Positions 29,383-43,800 of a DNA stretch of 64,000 nt are shown here, piece after piece. The notes beneath the pieces are model-generated. The model was not told the DNA's origin. It searched no databases and saw nothing but the letters and a program-made list of their open reading frames with translations. Positions within the stretch are counted from its first letter, which is position 1. Each line of letters starts with the position of its first letter. The stretch is from Tubulanus polymorphus (Eukaryota > Animalia > Nemertea), in contig NC_134028.1 of assembly GCF_964204645.1 (NCBI RefSeq), positions 25,416,345 to 25,480,344 on the forward strand, in the 5' to 3' direction. The translations under genes and the position numbers were made by a program.

Positions 29383-32300
29383 CTAAGCGACGACGTTGTC
29401 GGTTAAATTAAGAACGCCACGTTTCGTTAACGCCTCCGTCAACATCGTGTAAAACTGTAACTGTTCCTCGGGTTTCAACATGAATACGTTCTGTAATAGT
29501 TTACCGGGACTCGGCGCTCTGCAAATACATAAACAAATGCACGTCTGAAATTTCGAGAAAAACAGCAAAAACTACCGCTAATAAGGCCATCTAGTAGGTA
29601 CACACGCTAATTCTAGCTCACGTTCAACCCCCTCCATCGCCTTTCCAGCAAAATTTAGTGGAATTTAGCGTACAAAATAGTCGAACCCGCTCGAGACATC
29701 TTAGTGGGAACAAGCATTATGTTGATGACTTGTTATAAACTTAGTAAACCGAATAGGAAATACACACCATTATTAGCACTCAAAAGATAGAGATGACTTA
29801 TGATGACTTAAACAAGTTTGACTGCATATGAATTATGAATCTGGCTCGTCAATTGTTAGGGATGTTTTGTTACAAATTTTGAGAACTCCAATAAATTGGA
29901 CGGCTCGTATTCAGAATGTTCGTACCTTATGAAGCTGCTGAAATATACATTTATAAACGTCGCCATGAGTAACTGGCAATCGAATCTGTCCATCAATCCA
30001 CCGTGACCGGGAATCGTATCGCCGAAATCCTGAATAAAATTCAGAAAGAAAATCCATTTTATATGTTCCATGAGCAGTTTCGCTGGGGATATAATAACAC
30101 GAGATTAGCATGATTAACAGGCATTATCAATATCAGAGTTCATTTTCACTCGAATTAGAAGCAGGTTTCTAAAAACTACGGAATTCGAACAAAGGGGAAA
30201 AATGGATGAATTCAGGATTTTTCATATTTCTCTAAAACATCATGTATTTCATATTTTTTCCAAAAAAAAACCAAGGATTTATTTTTCACATTTACTTCCG
30301 AATGATTTTTCCAAATTTTCACATTTCATATAATGCCAAGGTACACAATAACATAAGCAGTTACTAATCACAATCTGTGGAATGCAATTTCATGAACTTT
30401 TAACATAGCTTGTGCATAAATTATGAGCTGCATAGTAAAAGGCATAAAAGCAGATATAAATATTTAGAATTTTTCACAAATTTTTCACATTCTTCATATC
30501 AATCAAACCCTCGGTAACATCAATCAAGGAGGCGCTTACTTTGATTTTGAACGCTCGTTTGAAGCCGCTCGCGAAGAAGCCACCGAACGGGCCGATTATC
30601 GAAGCGAACAGCGACATCGCTACAGAATGCAACAGGAATGGATACGTAGTGACTGTTTTCATCGGAATAAAGAACTGTAAAACAAAACGTAAATTGCATC
30701 AAAATACACCGGTATACGTAACATCAGTAATTCAGATGTTTGACCAGTGATGATCTTTCATTGATAATTGATTTCGTAGTAGACTTGGTAAACGTGATAA
30801 ATTTCGGTAATTATCATTTGACAATTGTAACGTTAGGAGTCATTCATTTATTACGTACACATTAGGGGAGGGGTGGCCATCTTTCCGCTCATTTACAAAT
30901 TTGATTGTAGTTTACAAAATGAACCCAGCCCACTAGGGAAAACGAGGTATCATTTTTTCTTTTGGGTCATTCATTTATTACGTATACATTAGGGGAGGGG
31001 GAGGGGTCAGTGCAATTGCGTACTGTAAAATTCAAATTTTATGCGTACGTAATAAATGAATGATCCCTTATAAGTTCTTGAGATGATTAACTCGGAATTT
31101 CACACTACGACAACTAGGCTTTTTAATTTTTTTTTTTTTTTAGAATATTTTGGACTTTTTTTCCATGTTTTCACTTACGAGAAATTTCGGTATTTGAATC
31201 TCGGTTAGTCTGAACACAGCTGGTATTTCGCAGGCCATCGATAACGCGTTCAATTTGGCCGAATACTCAATCGGACAAATGAAGAAATTCCACTGCAGCA
31301 ATACGTATGACATCTGAAAATATCAACATAATTACCGCAATTAAGTGATAGTAAATGCAGCGCCTACAGACGCGAGCTTACTGTCCCGTCTCTGAAAAAC
31401 TGTCGATATCTCAATAACTCGTTGGGATAAATTCTCCAAAGGACACCCTTGCGCCTGCCAGTGAAAAGATCCACTGCGACCATCCGCAAACAATTACGTC
31501 ACTTAGACCCATAACCTACGTGAATGGCACATGAATGGCGTATGTACTCTCAACCAACGCGAATGGCGCATGTACAAGGCCATCGTCTCTCCAAGTCGCA
31601 ACTGTACGTGTTGCGTTGCAAGCAGTCGCGAATCGCCCTACGGGTACGTCGTTTGTTTTGGAGATGTAAAACTCACCCCGAGTCCGAAGAGAATCGCCCC
31701 TACCGGTACGTCCATCGTTATGGAGATGTAAAACTCACCCCGAGTCCGAAGAGAATCGTCGACACGGCTCCACCGATGAATCCTTCCCATGTTTTTTTCG
31801 GCGATAACTTGATGAGCGGAGTTTTACCGAAGAAAAATCCGAACATGTACGCCATGATATCGTTACAGATAATCATCGATACCGGCAACAAGAACCTGAC
31901 GAGAAATAATACGAATAAATCAAGAATCAACCGAGCAATTAACCTTAGAAATAATTCAACTAACATCATCTTACCAGATCAAACCTTGGAAAATGTTCTG
32001 CATGATGAAATGAGACTGAGTAACGACTATCAACAGAGTTACGTGAGTCCATCCGAACTGAAAATATGACGACCAATCATTTTTACTTCAGATATTTTCT
32101 TCTGAAGCATATAGGTATACACTACTATACTTAAAAAGATATTCATTAGTGCCTCCTAGATGATAGAAGGATCTTTTTGTCACCATTTCAAAGCTATGAC
32201 TATAAACTACAAAGCGAAGACGACGCAAAGCGTTTTTCAAAACCCTATCTTAAATAGTTTGGAAGTTATATAAGGATAATGTCATACAGATCATGTAGCA

Positions 32301-35300
32301 CAAGTGGCCCACGGGTTAAAGATTAAAGAAATTCAGGAAATTCATGGATTAACAGGTCAGTCAGGTGCCATATCTAAGTCAGGGGGAGTGAAACAGATGT
32401 TCAAAGGATGCTACCCTTCGATACTATGACAAAGACCTATTGTTCTATCACAGAATTTAACTGTATTCATAGTTCATGACCACAAACTATATCAGACCTA
32501 CACCATTCAGTAACTAAAACACACTGTTTTGATATAAATAGGAATATTCTATGGTATATGTTTAATCAATGCTAAAGTACTGCATGTTTTAATAGCTGCG
32601 CATCTGCTCCCAAAACATAACCCATTTATGACTAGATTTGAATAATGAAACACATGGCTGAGCGATGTACAAGGCAGAAATGGCCTATAAATCATATGCA
32701 TCCTCATGCTTTCGATTTTATAGGGATTAAACTGAATGTTTTTTCTAAATGACTGTGATTTTAGTGTTTTTTTTTCTTACCAATGTGAACTGTTGAAGAT
32801 AGTGTTTTTTAACTAGACTGCACACGAACCAGACGAATCCGGCGACGTACATCGAGAATGCTATAAACCGGTGATAGGTCATCAGGGGTAATAGGAAATG
32901 CTGCCAAAATAGAAAAGGGACAAACATTTCGGTTATTAGTAGAATAACCTGCAGAATCAGACGAGAAGGATAGATTAAAATCAAAATCCAAACTGAACGC
33001 TGAAAATTTCAAAAATCAAGAATTAAGATCGAAAATTAAAAGGCATGCTATTTGGATGCTGAAACACTGTCTTTTAATTCTTGAAAAATTCTTTTACGAA
33101 ATTGGTATTTGAATATGGTGGTTTTTCTCATTTTTTCGTCAGACTACGACAAGGTTAACAAAAGTTATCAACACGTACCTCTTTCGATAGCAAAAAGCTG
33201 AAATAATCGACGAAACTTTCTCCGTAGAAGAAATAGTTCGACGTGATTAAGAAATACCAACTCAACGTACGGAACCACGGTAAATCATGAGATCGGTAGA
33301 CGACGTAACCGATTGTGATAATCTCATGAAAACATTTGATTTGTATCGCTAAAACCTGTAATAGAAACAAATACACTGAGAAAATCGACAAATCGCAGTT
33401 CCATACTATAAATTATCAAATAATTTGTCATTCCAGAATTTGAAGATTTTTTGAGTATTAATCCTTTCAGTGCATTTAAACCACAGTGCGGAGTATGAAT
33501 TGGTGATGGACTTTGCTAGTGCACCGCATCGCGGTGTATGGATGTTATAAGTAATTAGTTTTAATCTCCAATGAAAGATGAAAGCATTTGTCAAACTAGT
33601 GAAATATTAATAGTAATTAACGATACACCACGCTGCGGTGTAGATGCACAGTTATTAACTTAAATCAAGGATAAGTTTTTTTTACTCTGGAATAATGTGT
33701 TGTCGTTATTTGAATACGTACCAGTAGAACTAGCGCAATCGGTCCCAGATAAATAACAAACCCGAATCCAAATATCATAACCCAGCTGAATATTCCTCGA
33801 ATTATCCAGTTTTTCCATCTAAAAAAAAAAGCGAAATTTCAACTGTGAATTAATACAATGTAGGAATCAGGAATTTACTTCATCGTCGAAATAACGCAAT
33901 GTAGGAATTTATGGATTTATTTCCTCTTCGAAATAATTAAACACAGTTCGTAAAATGTAGCTAAGAAAGGCTGTATCATTTTCATTTGACCTGAACGTAC
34001 AATCATTTAGGTGGATAGGGTCAGGGAAATCGAACGGAGTATTGGGCCTCAGGTTTTCTCGACCCCCCTCATGCGTTTTGTATTTCGAGAGCCTCTGGTG
34101 CTCAATTTATCAATGATACAAATGTGAAGAATTATCGACCCTATCGTTGGAAAAAGTTCGGGTCTCCTTATCACCCTGGATCTGTACCCGAACCCGAGGA
34201 AGTTTATTTTCGATAGCAAAAAGCTGAAATAGTCGACGAAACTTTCTCCATAGAAGAAACAGGGTCTCCTTATCACCCTGGATCTGTACCCGAACCCGAG
34301 GAAGTTTATTATTTTGAGCAGGGTGGGTGTGGCTGCAGCTGTATTCATGTAACAACGACTGCGAGTAGAGGAATGCCTAGCTGTATGCTAGATCAATACA
34401 CACATCTATATCAATTTACAACTATCATCAAATTCTATTCTCTTTCAATACAATCATGGCACGTGTACGCACTGACAGGCTATGCGTGTTATCAATCAAT
34501 AACGCAATAATCATCGAACAGTGAATGACAGCGGTATTCAAACCTAATCATAGCTTTCCCTTTCGAGACACACGTATCATAAAAAAACAAATCCTTTTAC
34601 CAGAGCATAACCTTTATTTTCTATGATGATAATGTAGGATGCAATCCCATTGAAATAATGATAATATACATTTGGTTTTACCAGAATTTGGGACCTTTTT
34701 ATCGAAGGAGTATGGGGCGGGGGCGGAGGGGGTGGGTACTTAACAGGACTTATTGATTTAACATTCAGCGCGTGAGTGTGATTTAGATGATCGACAGGGT
34801 CCAGCATCACACATTTCCAGATTTGACAACACAGAAGCTTTTAACTTTCAACATATTTCATACCATTCCTCCTGAAGACGGTTTTATATTTCATTCCTGA
34901 TTCAACCCTTTCAGTGCTGACTAATTAATACCATATAGTGCTGGAGAAAATTTGAAAATTCTCAAAAATTCCACCCTAGTGTGTTGAACAATGGGAATAC
35001 CACTATAGTGCGTCTACACCGCAGTGCGGTGTATCGTTAGTTACTAGTATTTCACTATGTTTGACACTTTCTGCCATTTTTCAATAGAGATAATTACAAA
35101 TTACTAATTACATCAATACACCGCAGTGCGGTGTACTAGCAAAATCCATCACTGATTTATACACCGCACTGCGGTGTAGACGCACTGAAAGGGTTAAGAT
35201 GATTATAAATATCGAAACGTAGAATAAGTATATCAGCTCAAGGAAACATTTCAAACTGTTTTTATTCATGGATCTTATCATCTTTAGCAGATGCCCTCAG

Positions 35301-37177
35301 TATTTCACTGCTAGTTTTTTGTCAATATTTGTCATGTTTTATATGCACGGTAACTGCGGTAGTTCTATCTAGCAGCTATTTCCCGAGAGACGATGTTTAC
35401 ACACACTGTGACATATACTGTCGGTATTTCAAACAGTTGCCATGAAAACCACCGGGCTGAGACTATTTCTGATCCAGGGCTATCTGTTTAAATTCAATTA
35501 ATAGGTCAGACGTCTCTTTTGGGATAAAATTAATTAACGAAATCGCGTCATCAAATGCTACATCAGTGTGCTCAGCAACAGATTTTAGAAGGGCAGCCAC
35601 CCCTTTCATTTTAACATCCACCCCTCTGAAAATCAGCCACCCCTTATAGAATATCTGCTGCCCCGACCAGAGTGGATTTCAATTAATTCTACCAATGCTT
35701 ATAATTGCTTTGCAAAATATTGAGCTAATGTGAAAAATAGAAGATTACACAAAAATTAAGCTTAATTTTTGTGGGGATCAAAAGCCTTGCTACTTGAGCC
35801 ACCATGATGTCATACACTTAACAATGAATGCAACCCCTTTAAAATGCCAGCGCATGGAAAACACTGTCTATAGGCTATAGGCTATAGCTCTATATCGATA
35901 CAAGAGTTCTTGACATAATTTTTTTCAAAATTTTGAAATATTGCTTTTTGATAGATGAAATATATTTGTCAGGGATACGTTTTGATGAGGCAATCTACTG
36001 TTCATAACGGACAATCATTGTCAGGAATGCATTTTAATGGCAATTTATTTTTCATTGCAGAACAATATTTCTGTTTGGGAATATATATTGATGAGGTAAT
36101 TTATTTTACAAAGAGGATGAAATATCATTTCAAAGACCCTTTTTACCCAACAGGCAGTAGTAGAGAGACAATTTGGATTGAAAATAATTCTCGTGTAAAA
36201 TCAATTAAATTTTAAGGCCTAAATTTATTTATTTCTTAAATTCTATTAGGCCTAAGCGCTTCAGAGCCTTCAGGAATACTAATAATAATCATTAGGCCTA
36301 TTATTAATTATTTTCTAAAAACACTATTCATGGTTTATCAGAATCTAAATTGCCGTTGATTTTAATCTCAGTAGACTTTCTGATTAATAAACTGATTTTA
36401 ATTACAATCCCTAAATCAGGAATTCACGCAGCGCTGATTTATCTGACTTACCGCGGAGGAATTCCCTGTAAACTTGAGTTAAGTATTTCGGGTGTATTAT
36501 CAGTTCCCTGTGGTATAGTGCTGGTCGCGTTCAAATCTAACCCGGGAGGAGAATTCGGATCCTGCCCAGACTCCTCTTGTTCTTGCATCGAAGACTTGCC
36601 CTAGAAAAGAAAATAGATTATTAGGTCAATGAATTTGGCCCTGTAAGAAAGTAAAAAATTCCAGCTTTATTGAAGCACTATGTCTGACAATGCACTTTCC
36701 CTGAACCCTAAAACCTAAGAGCCAATGATGAAATAATTGTAGCCATGGGTATATGGACCAGTGATTGAAGCCCTATTCTATGGTAGGACCTGCCCTGGTC
36801 TGTTAAAATTAGAATATTAGTCAATTTAACTGTTATGTTAGCCTTATTTATTAGCCTAAGTCAGTGTTCAAGAGTAAGACACCACAACAAGTAAAATAGA
36901 TAGTTTTGCTTAAAAAATTCTTGGATCCTAGAAATTAAACTTCATTTACTCCCATACACCTTGCTAAAATGTTTCCCATCGAATCCTTTTCAGAAGAGAA
37001 TTCCAGAATCAATCGAAAAAAACCAATCGAAAAAACTTAGCGGAAGTGAAACAGACTACATTTTCAGGGGTAGGTCAAATAAATAGCTATATTTACCGCA
37101 TCTGCATCATTTGACAGTTTCTCCGAGCTACCCTTCAGACCGCTATCATCCTGAACTCTTCTTCTAACATCAGTCAT
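29383..37177 (-). CDS. CDS: Phosphatidate cytidylyltransferase (CDP-diacylglycerol synthase, CDS1/CDS2 family), 11 exons
   Basis: Exons 37177-37097, 36600-36452, 33818-33722, 33355-33179, 32900-32781, 32057-31975, 31895-31739, 31313-31179, 30674-30540, 30029-29926, 29518-29383, all phase-consistent. Motifs: [75 protein letters not shown]. Confidence 0.97.
30964..31067. mobile_element. MITE family with GGGTCATTCATTTATTACGTA ends
   Basis: Inverted ends gggtcattcatttattacgta...tacgtaataaatgaatgatccc. Other copies or halves at ~21910-22062, ~30837, ~27970 and ~39368-39503. Confidence 0.65.
33462..33650. mobile_element. Partial third copy of the piggyBac-like MITE
   Basis: TTAA|TCCTTTCAGTGC start and shared interior (tttgctagtgcaccgc, tgtcaaactagtgaaatattaatag). 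End approximate. Confidence 0.6.
34160..34310. repeat. 49-bp direct repeats enclosing a copy of part of CDS exon 4
   Basis: 34160-34208 is identical to 34262-34310. The insert ~34208-34262 matches 33183-33237 with three substitutions. Confidence 0.9.
34906..35193. mobile_element. piggyBac-like MITE
   Basis: TIRs CCCTTTCAGTGC...GCACTGAAAGGG flanked by TCAA and TTAA. Internal ACACCGCAGTGCGGTGT palindromes. Confidence 0.7.
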
Positions 37178-37642
37178 CTCGAATTCCCGGTACAAATTCG
37201 TTCAAATACGGCAAAAAACGAGAGAGAACAAGATCGAATCACATCGCTTCACGGATTATCAACATTTTGTTGACATCTCGTCGAATATCGCGAGAATAAA
37301 GAATATCTTATCAGATTCATTTCTAATCTAATTTTGATCTATTTTCGAAAGTTTATTATCTTAAACTGATCATATATATTCATAATCTTCAAATTATTTT
37401 AAATATTCTCTTACAACTTTTCCTGTTGAAATTGGTCGAATAATCGCGTGCGCGCGTATGCCGTCGTTAGCTACATTTGACTTGTTTACATGTGACACGC
37501 GCCTGTAAAATGTCAGTCTACATGTAGATATTGATACTCCCCTAGCAAGCCTCTAGAAACTGAATTAAACGCTTTCGTAGCTCGAATCAGGCCCAACAAA
37601 GAACGTTATCACTTACCTGAACATTAATTCGTACTTGTAAAG

Positions 37643-39056
37643 ATGATGAACAGTCAAAATTCGAATCCGGAGGACCCTGCTGCTGGTGGACCACAGGAAG
37701 AAAATCAAGATGAAGAACAACAGTGGGATAGGGTTTCTGTATATGGTACAGATAGAATTGGAACTGGTGCAATGCTATTTTCAGGTCTCTATTTTATTTG
37801 TAACCATCACTTACTAATTGCTGTGTATCTGTATATCAACCTTCCACCAAGAAATAGAGCGAGTTTTGAATCATTTTCTGCTTTCAAAAACATCACAAAA
37901 TCAACTGAAACTGGTCCTGTTGTGTAGCTCTCCTCAGAGAAAGTTATTGAATTTTGATCTATTCAATGAGCTTCTGGGGCAGTAAGGTTAGGAGCCACAA
38001 AACAGTGAACAAGCTGTTCCACGTGCCTCCTATGAAAATCTGATTTTTCAATAGGCCTATGGTTTTTTTTTCGTTCGAAGGTCCCGATGGCTTGCGGAAT
38101 CACGTTATGAAGATAGAATCGGAACATCGTTACGTAGGAGAAGGAACTATGTCGTCGGAAGGCACCAGCGACGTATCGTATTTATGGCGCGCCCCTAGAA
38201 GTCAGCCAGCTCCTCGACCTAAAACAGCTGCTGTAGGCTCGATAGGTTGGGGTGTCCCTTGGCTTACCGATTGGTCAGTTCCGCAAACTGGTAATCAGAT
38301 AAAGGTATCGTCATCGAATAAACTATTATTTTCAGGGGCCTCACAGTAACTGATTTCACATCTACCAGGCGATCACCGCATTGCAGTCTAAGGCTAATAA
38401 TATTGATGTTGATGTTCTATGTTTTGTTTCAAGTTGAGGGATTTCAGACAGGAATGTGAACAACGCTATACTCATGCCTACCAGAATCCATGGTAAGTTA
38501 TATAGGGTTGATGGATACCTGAATACCGTTTTTAAATCTCATAAATATTCCAATGTGTTTATATATAAATCTCTCTGGCAGGTATCCGGATCCGAGATCT
38601 GAAGAGGATACATATCGCGTTGGTTACGGTACAAATGGATTCAGATGTGGTAAGGTTAAAAAATCTACCGACCGATTCAATCCGTATCACTCTATTGCCT
38701 GGTAACGCCCTAGGGCCAGTCGCACTACCAGTCTAAGACCATCTAAGTTCAGTAGACAATCTAACAACTTAAGACTAATATTAGTCTTAAGATTTTAATG
38801 CTACTTTTGGATTCAATTCATGACTCAACAACCAGCCTCGATTCCAGCCAGTTTTGACCAGTGTACTTATCCTCAACCTATTTTGTAAAATTAATCATAA
38901 GTTTATCATGAGAAATCTTGCTTTCCTTTAAGTCTTTTACATAAGTAAGTATTGTCCATTTTAGTTTTAAATCCTGTGTAAAATGATCTATGCCATAATG
39001 TTTCAGATCTCTACGATACAGATGGCAGACCGAACACAGCGAGACCTAGTGCCTGA
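37643..39056 (+). CDS. C4orf45/SPMIP2-like (DUF4562) small protein, 5 exons
   Basis: Exons 37643-37784, 38081-38304, 38434-38492, 38582-38649, 39007-39056. MLFSGPDG..RYVGE..DVSYLWR..IGWGVP..THAYQNPW matches my recollection of human C4orf45 (MIFTGPD..YVGE..DLRYLWR..IGW..THRYQNPW). The first donor (gtctct) is weak. Confidence 0.8.
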
Positions 39057-40858
39057 AATAGTTTCCATTGATTTCATATTCTCAATCCAATCACAATATT
39101 TACCAATGAAAAGTTTTATGAAATTTTCATTTGTTATTTCACAAATATTTAGAGTGTAAAGAATAGTAGTTCTAATAGCTATAATTGTATATTTCTAGGC
39201 TTTGGTGTTGATGGTTTTTTAGATGCATTTTAATTATGGTCGCTAGTCATTAGGGTTAACTGTTTCAATACTGATTATGTGCTCATACCTATTTACTGTG
39301 GATAATAATAGACAATTAAATTATCAATTTAATTTACTAATTTAGGGGGAGGGTGAAATATAGGTAGAGGACCATTCGTAAAGTACGTACTCTTCCAATG
39401 GGTCAAAATTGACCACTGCTCCCTAATGTACATACTTAAAATTGTGTACATGGGGAGAGTGGGTAAAAGAGGGCTTGCGCGTACATGAATTATGGACAGT
39501 CCCTAAAATATCACTACTACATACTTCAGAACCCAGTTCTATAGTTATTGGTTAAGAATAGAACTAAAAACAGTTGAATAATTCAAAATGGAACTAATAA
39601 TCTCAACTTTCACAACTGTGGAACTGGGATGAGCCTAGAGCTGTCCAGATAATAATCTCAACTCCTTCTCACAACTGTGGAACTGGGTTCAAGAGAACAG
39701 ATAATTTGCAGATTTTCTCATTTAAGAGTTAAATCTTCTATATGGTAAATCATTCAAATTTAGATTTTTTTGTCACGAGATTGGCAACAATTTTAGAATG
39801 AAAAATTCAGATGAAATTTAAGATAATAAATCGAATGTACCATAAAAATCGAAACATTTAGTGCCTTTTGATCGATGATTTAAACTTTGAATTATATGTA
39901 TGTGTGTGTGTTGATTTTAGAGATTGAGAGTAGTTCCAGTATTTATTTCTAAGACTGTGATAAAAATATCGTTTTAATTTGCTGTGATTTTTTCTCCTAT
40001 TTTCTATGAATTGTTGTTTTTGCTATACAATTTCACACGACGCTTAAGTTCGGTCGTTCACCTTTTTTATGAATCATGATTAAATGATTTCAAATTTTGT
40101 AATTATTACGCAAAAATGTGCTTTATGATTGACCAAAAATAAAATCATTATTTGAAAAGAAAGTTGAAGTCGGTTTTAAGTTGATTTTCGTCTGGGTCAC
40201 AGAAATCAGAGTTCGTGCAGTCATATGCTTTTGTTTTAAGTGACCGACTGCAAATTGGTTGGGAAACAATAGCAAGACCTCCGTCATCAACATATGACAA
40301 ACCCTCGAAGTTTGTAAATCCCCTGATGATCTTTTGTTGTTACGTGTGGTATGTCTCCACTTATTGGCAGACAAATTATGACATAATGTGCAAATCCTCT
40401 ATTGGCACTTGAAACCCTGCATTTCAAGATATCGGCAAAATTTCATAAAGCTATTTCTTATGTAAAATGGTGTTTGCAAACGCTACAAAATGTCAAAAGT
40501 TGATTCGTAAGAAGTAAGATTTGATTTAGGTTAAAATCTAATATAATATCATGGTTGATTTATTGCGTTAAAAAAAATCATAAATAAAAAATTTTCCTAC
40601 ACACATTTAGTACAGTAGTAGATCTCGGTTAATCCGGACCATTTCATGACTAATAAAATTGAACCAGTTCATGAGAAATCCAGATTAAACATCGTGGTTT
40701 ACATACATTTCAGCCCAGATCAGAACTGATCAAAATCAAGATTCAACTGATCCGAATGAAGTGAGGTCAACCGTACATCAAAATGTCTAAAATTCACACA
40801 CATTTTCACAAGAACGTTTTTTTTTTTGGATTCCTCATTATGCGAATCCGTTTGACGA

Positions 40859-43800
40859 CTAGAAGAATGTTTTAATGTAGTCCGTCACATAAGTCACCCA
40901 TACAGGAATGTATCTTTCCGGTTTTTCGAACGTTTTATTATCAACTCGTAGCGATCGATTCTGCATTTTTACGTGTTCCTGAAATATAGCAGACGTAGAA
41001 AGTATGAGAGCGGACAGAGTGAATTTATAAAACGGCACCATCAAATATTGCAGCGTCCTTTACTGGTTTAAGTCTTGAATGATAGGGGCCAGTTTTACAG
41101 ACTGGTATTAACTTAAACCCGGGGGCTAACTCAATTGAAAATGAATTGACTGAGTTAGCCCCTGGGTTATAAAACTGGGCCTTGAGTACCAATGCAGATA
41201 TGATATGATACAAGAATTAGAGGTCGGGTGCAGATCTAGGTAGGGATTACTTTTAATACCCGTCTCTCAACAAACATACAATTTTGTTGGAAACTCTGGT
41301 GAAAGGTACAGCTGGTGTATTATTCCTGATTCACACATACCTGTTTGAGTTGTAGCTGTAATTGTTTATTACACGTAACGAGAGCTATTTGTGCTTCTAA
41401 ATCACGGTATACTGATCTATAACCTGTTACAAAAACAAAGAAAATTATCATCAATCATAACATGGTATTTTCAGCCAGTTTTGTAGACATCACATGGTAT
41501 GCTAGGGACGCTCATGAAGTACCGTATGTACACGAAATTGTGCTGATTATCTCCTTCATCTCCTCACCCCCATTCGCAAACTCACATTTTCCCTGATTTT
41601 TCCATGTTATAACACAAAATTCTCTGAGTGAATCGGAGGAATTTTTTGGTTTTCGAATGATACAATTCATTCATTTTAATGAATTCAATATTGATAGAGA
41701 AATGCGCGGTCAACCACATCCAAATTCCCTGAGTTTTCCAGCGTTATTTTTTTTGCAAAATTTGTCAAAGTCTCTGAATATATTTCTGAGATTTTTCAAG
41801 ATTTCCAGGTCAGATGCCACCCTGGAACTAACACCTCAGGTTTGAAGGTGTTGAAAATGATTCATAAAACCAGCCCCTGGCGACTAACTTACCGAAATTT
41901 GGAGAACCTATAAGCGTTAGAGTCGGAAGCGTTTGTCCAGGTAAATAATACCACAATCCTTTCACGTGAAATGTCCATTTATCTCGATAATACTCGTATA
42001 GTTCGACGCGTGTCGTCTGACCCAGCGAGCAGACGCGTTCGTAAAAGTTCTTCGCTATATAAGTGTACGCGTCAGGTATAGCTCCTGAGAGACCTTTAGC
42101 ACCGTAGAACCCGTTAACCTTGAAAATAATTTGTTAAATCATCTTTAGCCAGGTTATCATAATTACACATCTAATTGAAAATGTAACTATTGTAAGTTTT
42201 TGAATCAGAAATTGTGTATTAAGATTTTGAGAATTGGTAATTCAGTGGTCTGTAAACTCGATTTTTGATTTATTAAGCGCCTAATTGGGAGCAAATTGGG
42301 TAAAAAATCCTGGTCCAAACTGTGTCGATTTAGTCATAGTCTACTCTATACTACAAACATTTCTTATTGCCGATTTCTAAAAATTGAAGGAGTTTTAAAG
42401 GACCTATAAAAGCATCTTCTGTTTAGAAGTTTTTAAGGAATCTAGGAGTCGTAGGCACCCTGTTACAACTATTTATACTCATACCTGAGGAGACGCCATT
42501 ATGATGTCATATTTAGCTTTCGAATTGTTGAGTATCACATTCATATAGTCAGAAGTCAAATTAAAGTAACCCGACGCCAGGTATAGCCTCGACTCTGCCG
42601 ACGCTGAACTCATTAGGACGCGTGTCACTATTTCATCATCTTTGATACCTAGCGGTCCCATTTGAATCAGCGGATAAACCCATGTGTCTATTCCACTTGT
42701 CTCTCCACTGTCATCATCATCTACAGTTTGTTCCGCGGCCGCTAATTCAGACACCGATTTGATAGTTAATTGTTCACGAAAATCGATGGATTTTTGTGGT
42801 ATTTTACTCGCGACATAATCGAGTATCCGTTTTTGTGCTTCGGATTTGAAATTTTCGCCCCCATCGGCCTCTGGAAAGAAAACACCAAATGCAAAAGCTA
42901 GATTTCAAAAATACATGTCCCGTTGCGAATTAGAGTTAAGCAGTTCAAATAAAAGGAATTTCAAGCATGTTTAAAAGCATTTTTCATTTAGAGTTCTGTT
43001 CCATTTCGAATTGAAATTGGTGCATCCTAATGAGTCAACTCTAAGTCAAATCTTAACTCAGTTAGAACAGTGAAACTGGTTTTTGTGTCGGCTTCGTATT
43101 TTTTTGAATGACGAAATCTGAATTTTACTGCATAAAAAATGAATATCATCAATATTGACCTGTGTAAGGATGTGGCATAGTCGGGTCGAACATCACCTCC
43201 GAATTGTCGGGCAAAACTCGAAACGACATCGACGAAACCGTGTCGACTAATCCGTGGAAAAAATCCGCTAATTGCGGACAATCTTTGATTAGGACGTATC
43301 GATCTTGACGATTCGTGAAATACGAGTCGCTTAAATTCGCGCTGAAATCACAACAGAGAAATAAACAGCGTGAAATGAGACGTTTTAGGTTCCAGCATTT
43401 CAGGGGCCAGTTGCTCAAAAGCATACCGTTGAAAAGATGCCATTGTGACAATTGAAATTACATAGTCATCATGGCACTGAATGGAATACATTAACTTTTT
43501 GGAAATTGTTTTAGAAGTTTCAGAGTAAAGTGTATTTTCTAAAATCAAGACGAGATTTGGGGTTCACGAAAATATTTCCTCAATTCAGAGGAGTGAGTTT
43601 TTGAGGAATGAAGAAGCGATTTCAAGAAGTGGCGTCATTAATGTACATACCCGCTCAGGATTAGATTGTCGTCGAACAGATAAACTTTAAGATGCGAAAC
43701 GCCGATCGTTTCGTTGAATCTGTCCGGTAGAACGTTCTTCCAGAATCCGCGCAGGTTCGGCGTGTGATACAACGCCAATTGAACGCGGTCGTCGCCGAAT

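Noticed and set aside
31524-32069. Longest ORF in the track (181 aa, +)
   Set aside because: It is the antisense shadow of two CDS exons plus the tandem duplication.
34049-34355. ORFs containing GFGYRS (resembling PGS1 NFGYRS) and a CDS peptide, as a chimeric gene
   Set aside because: GYRSR comes from the GGGTACAGATCCAGGG MITE-end motif in the direct repeat. No splice support.
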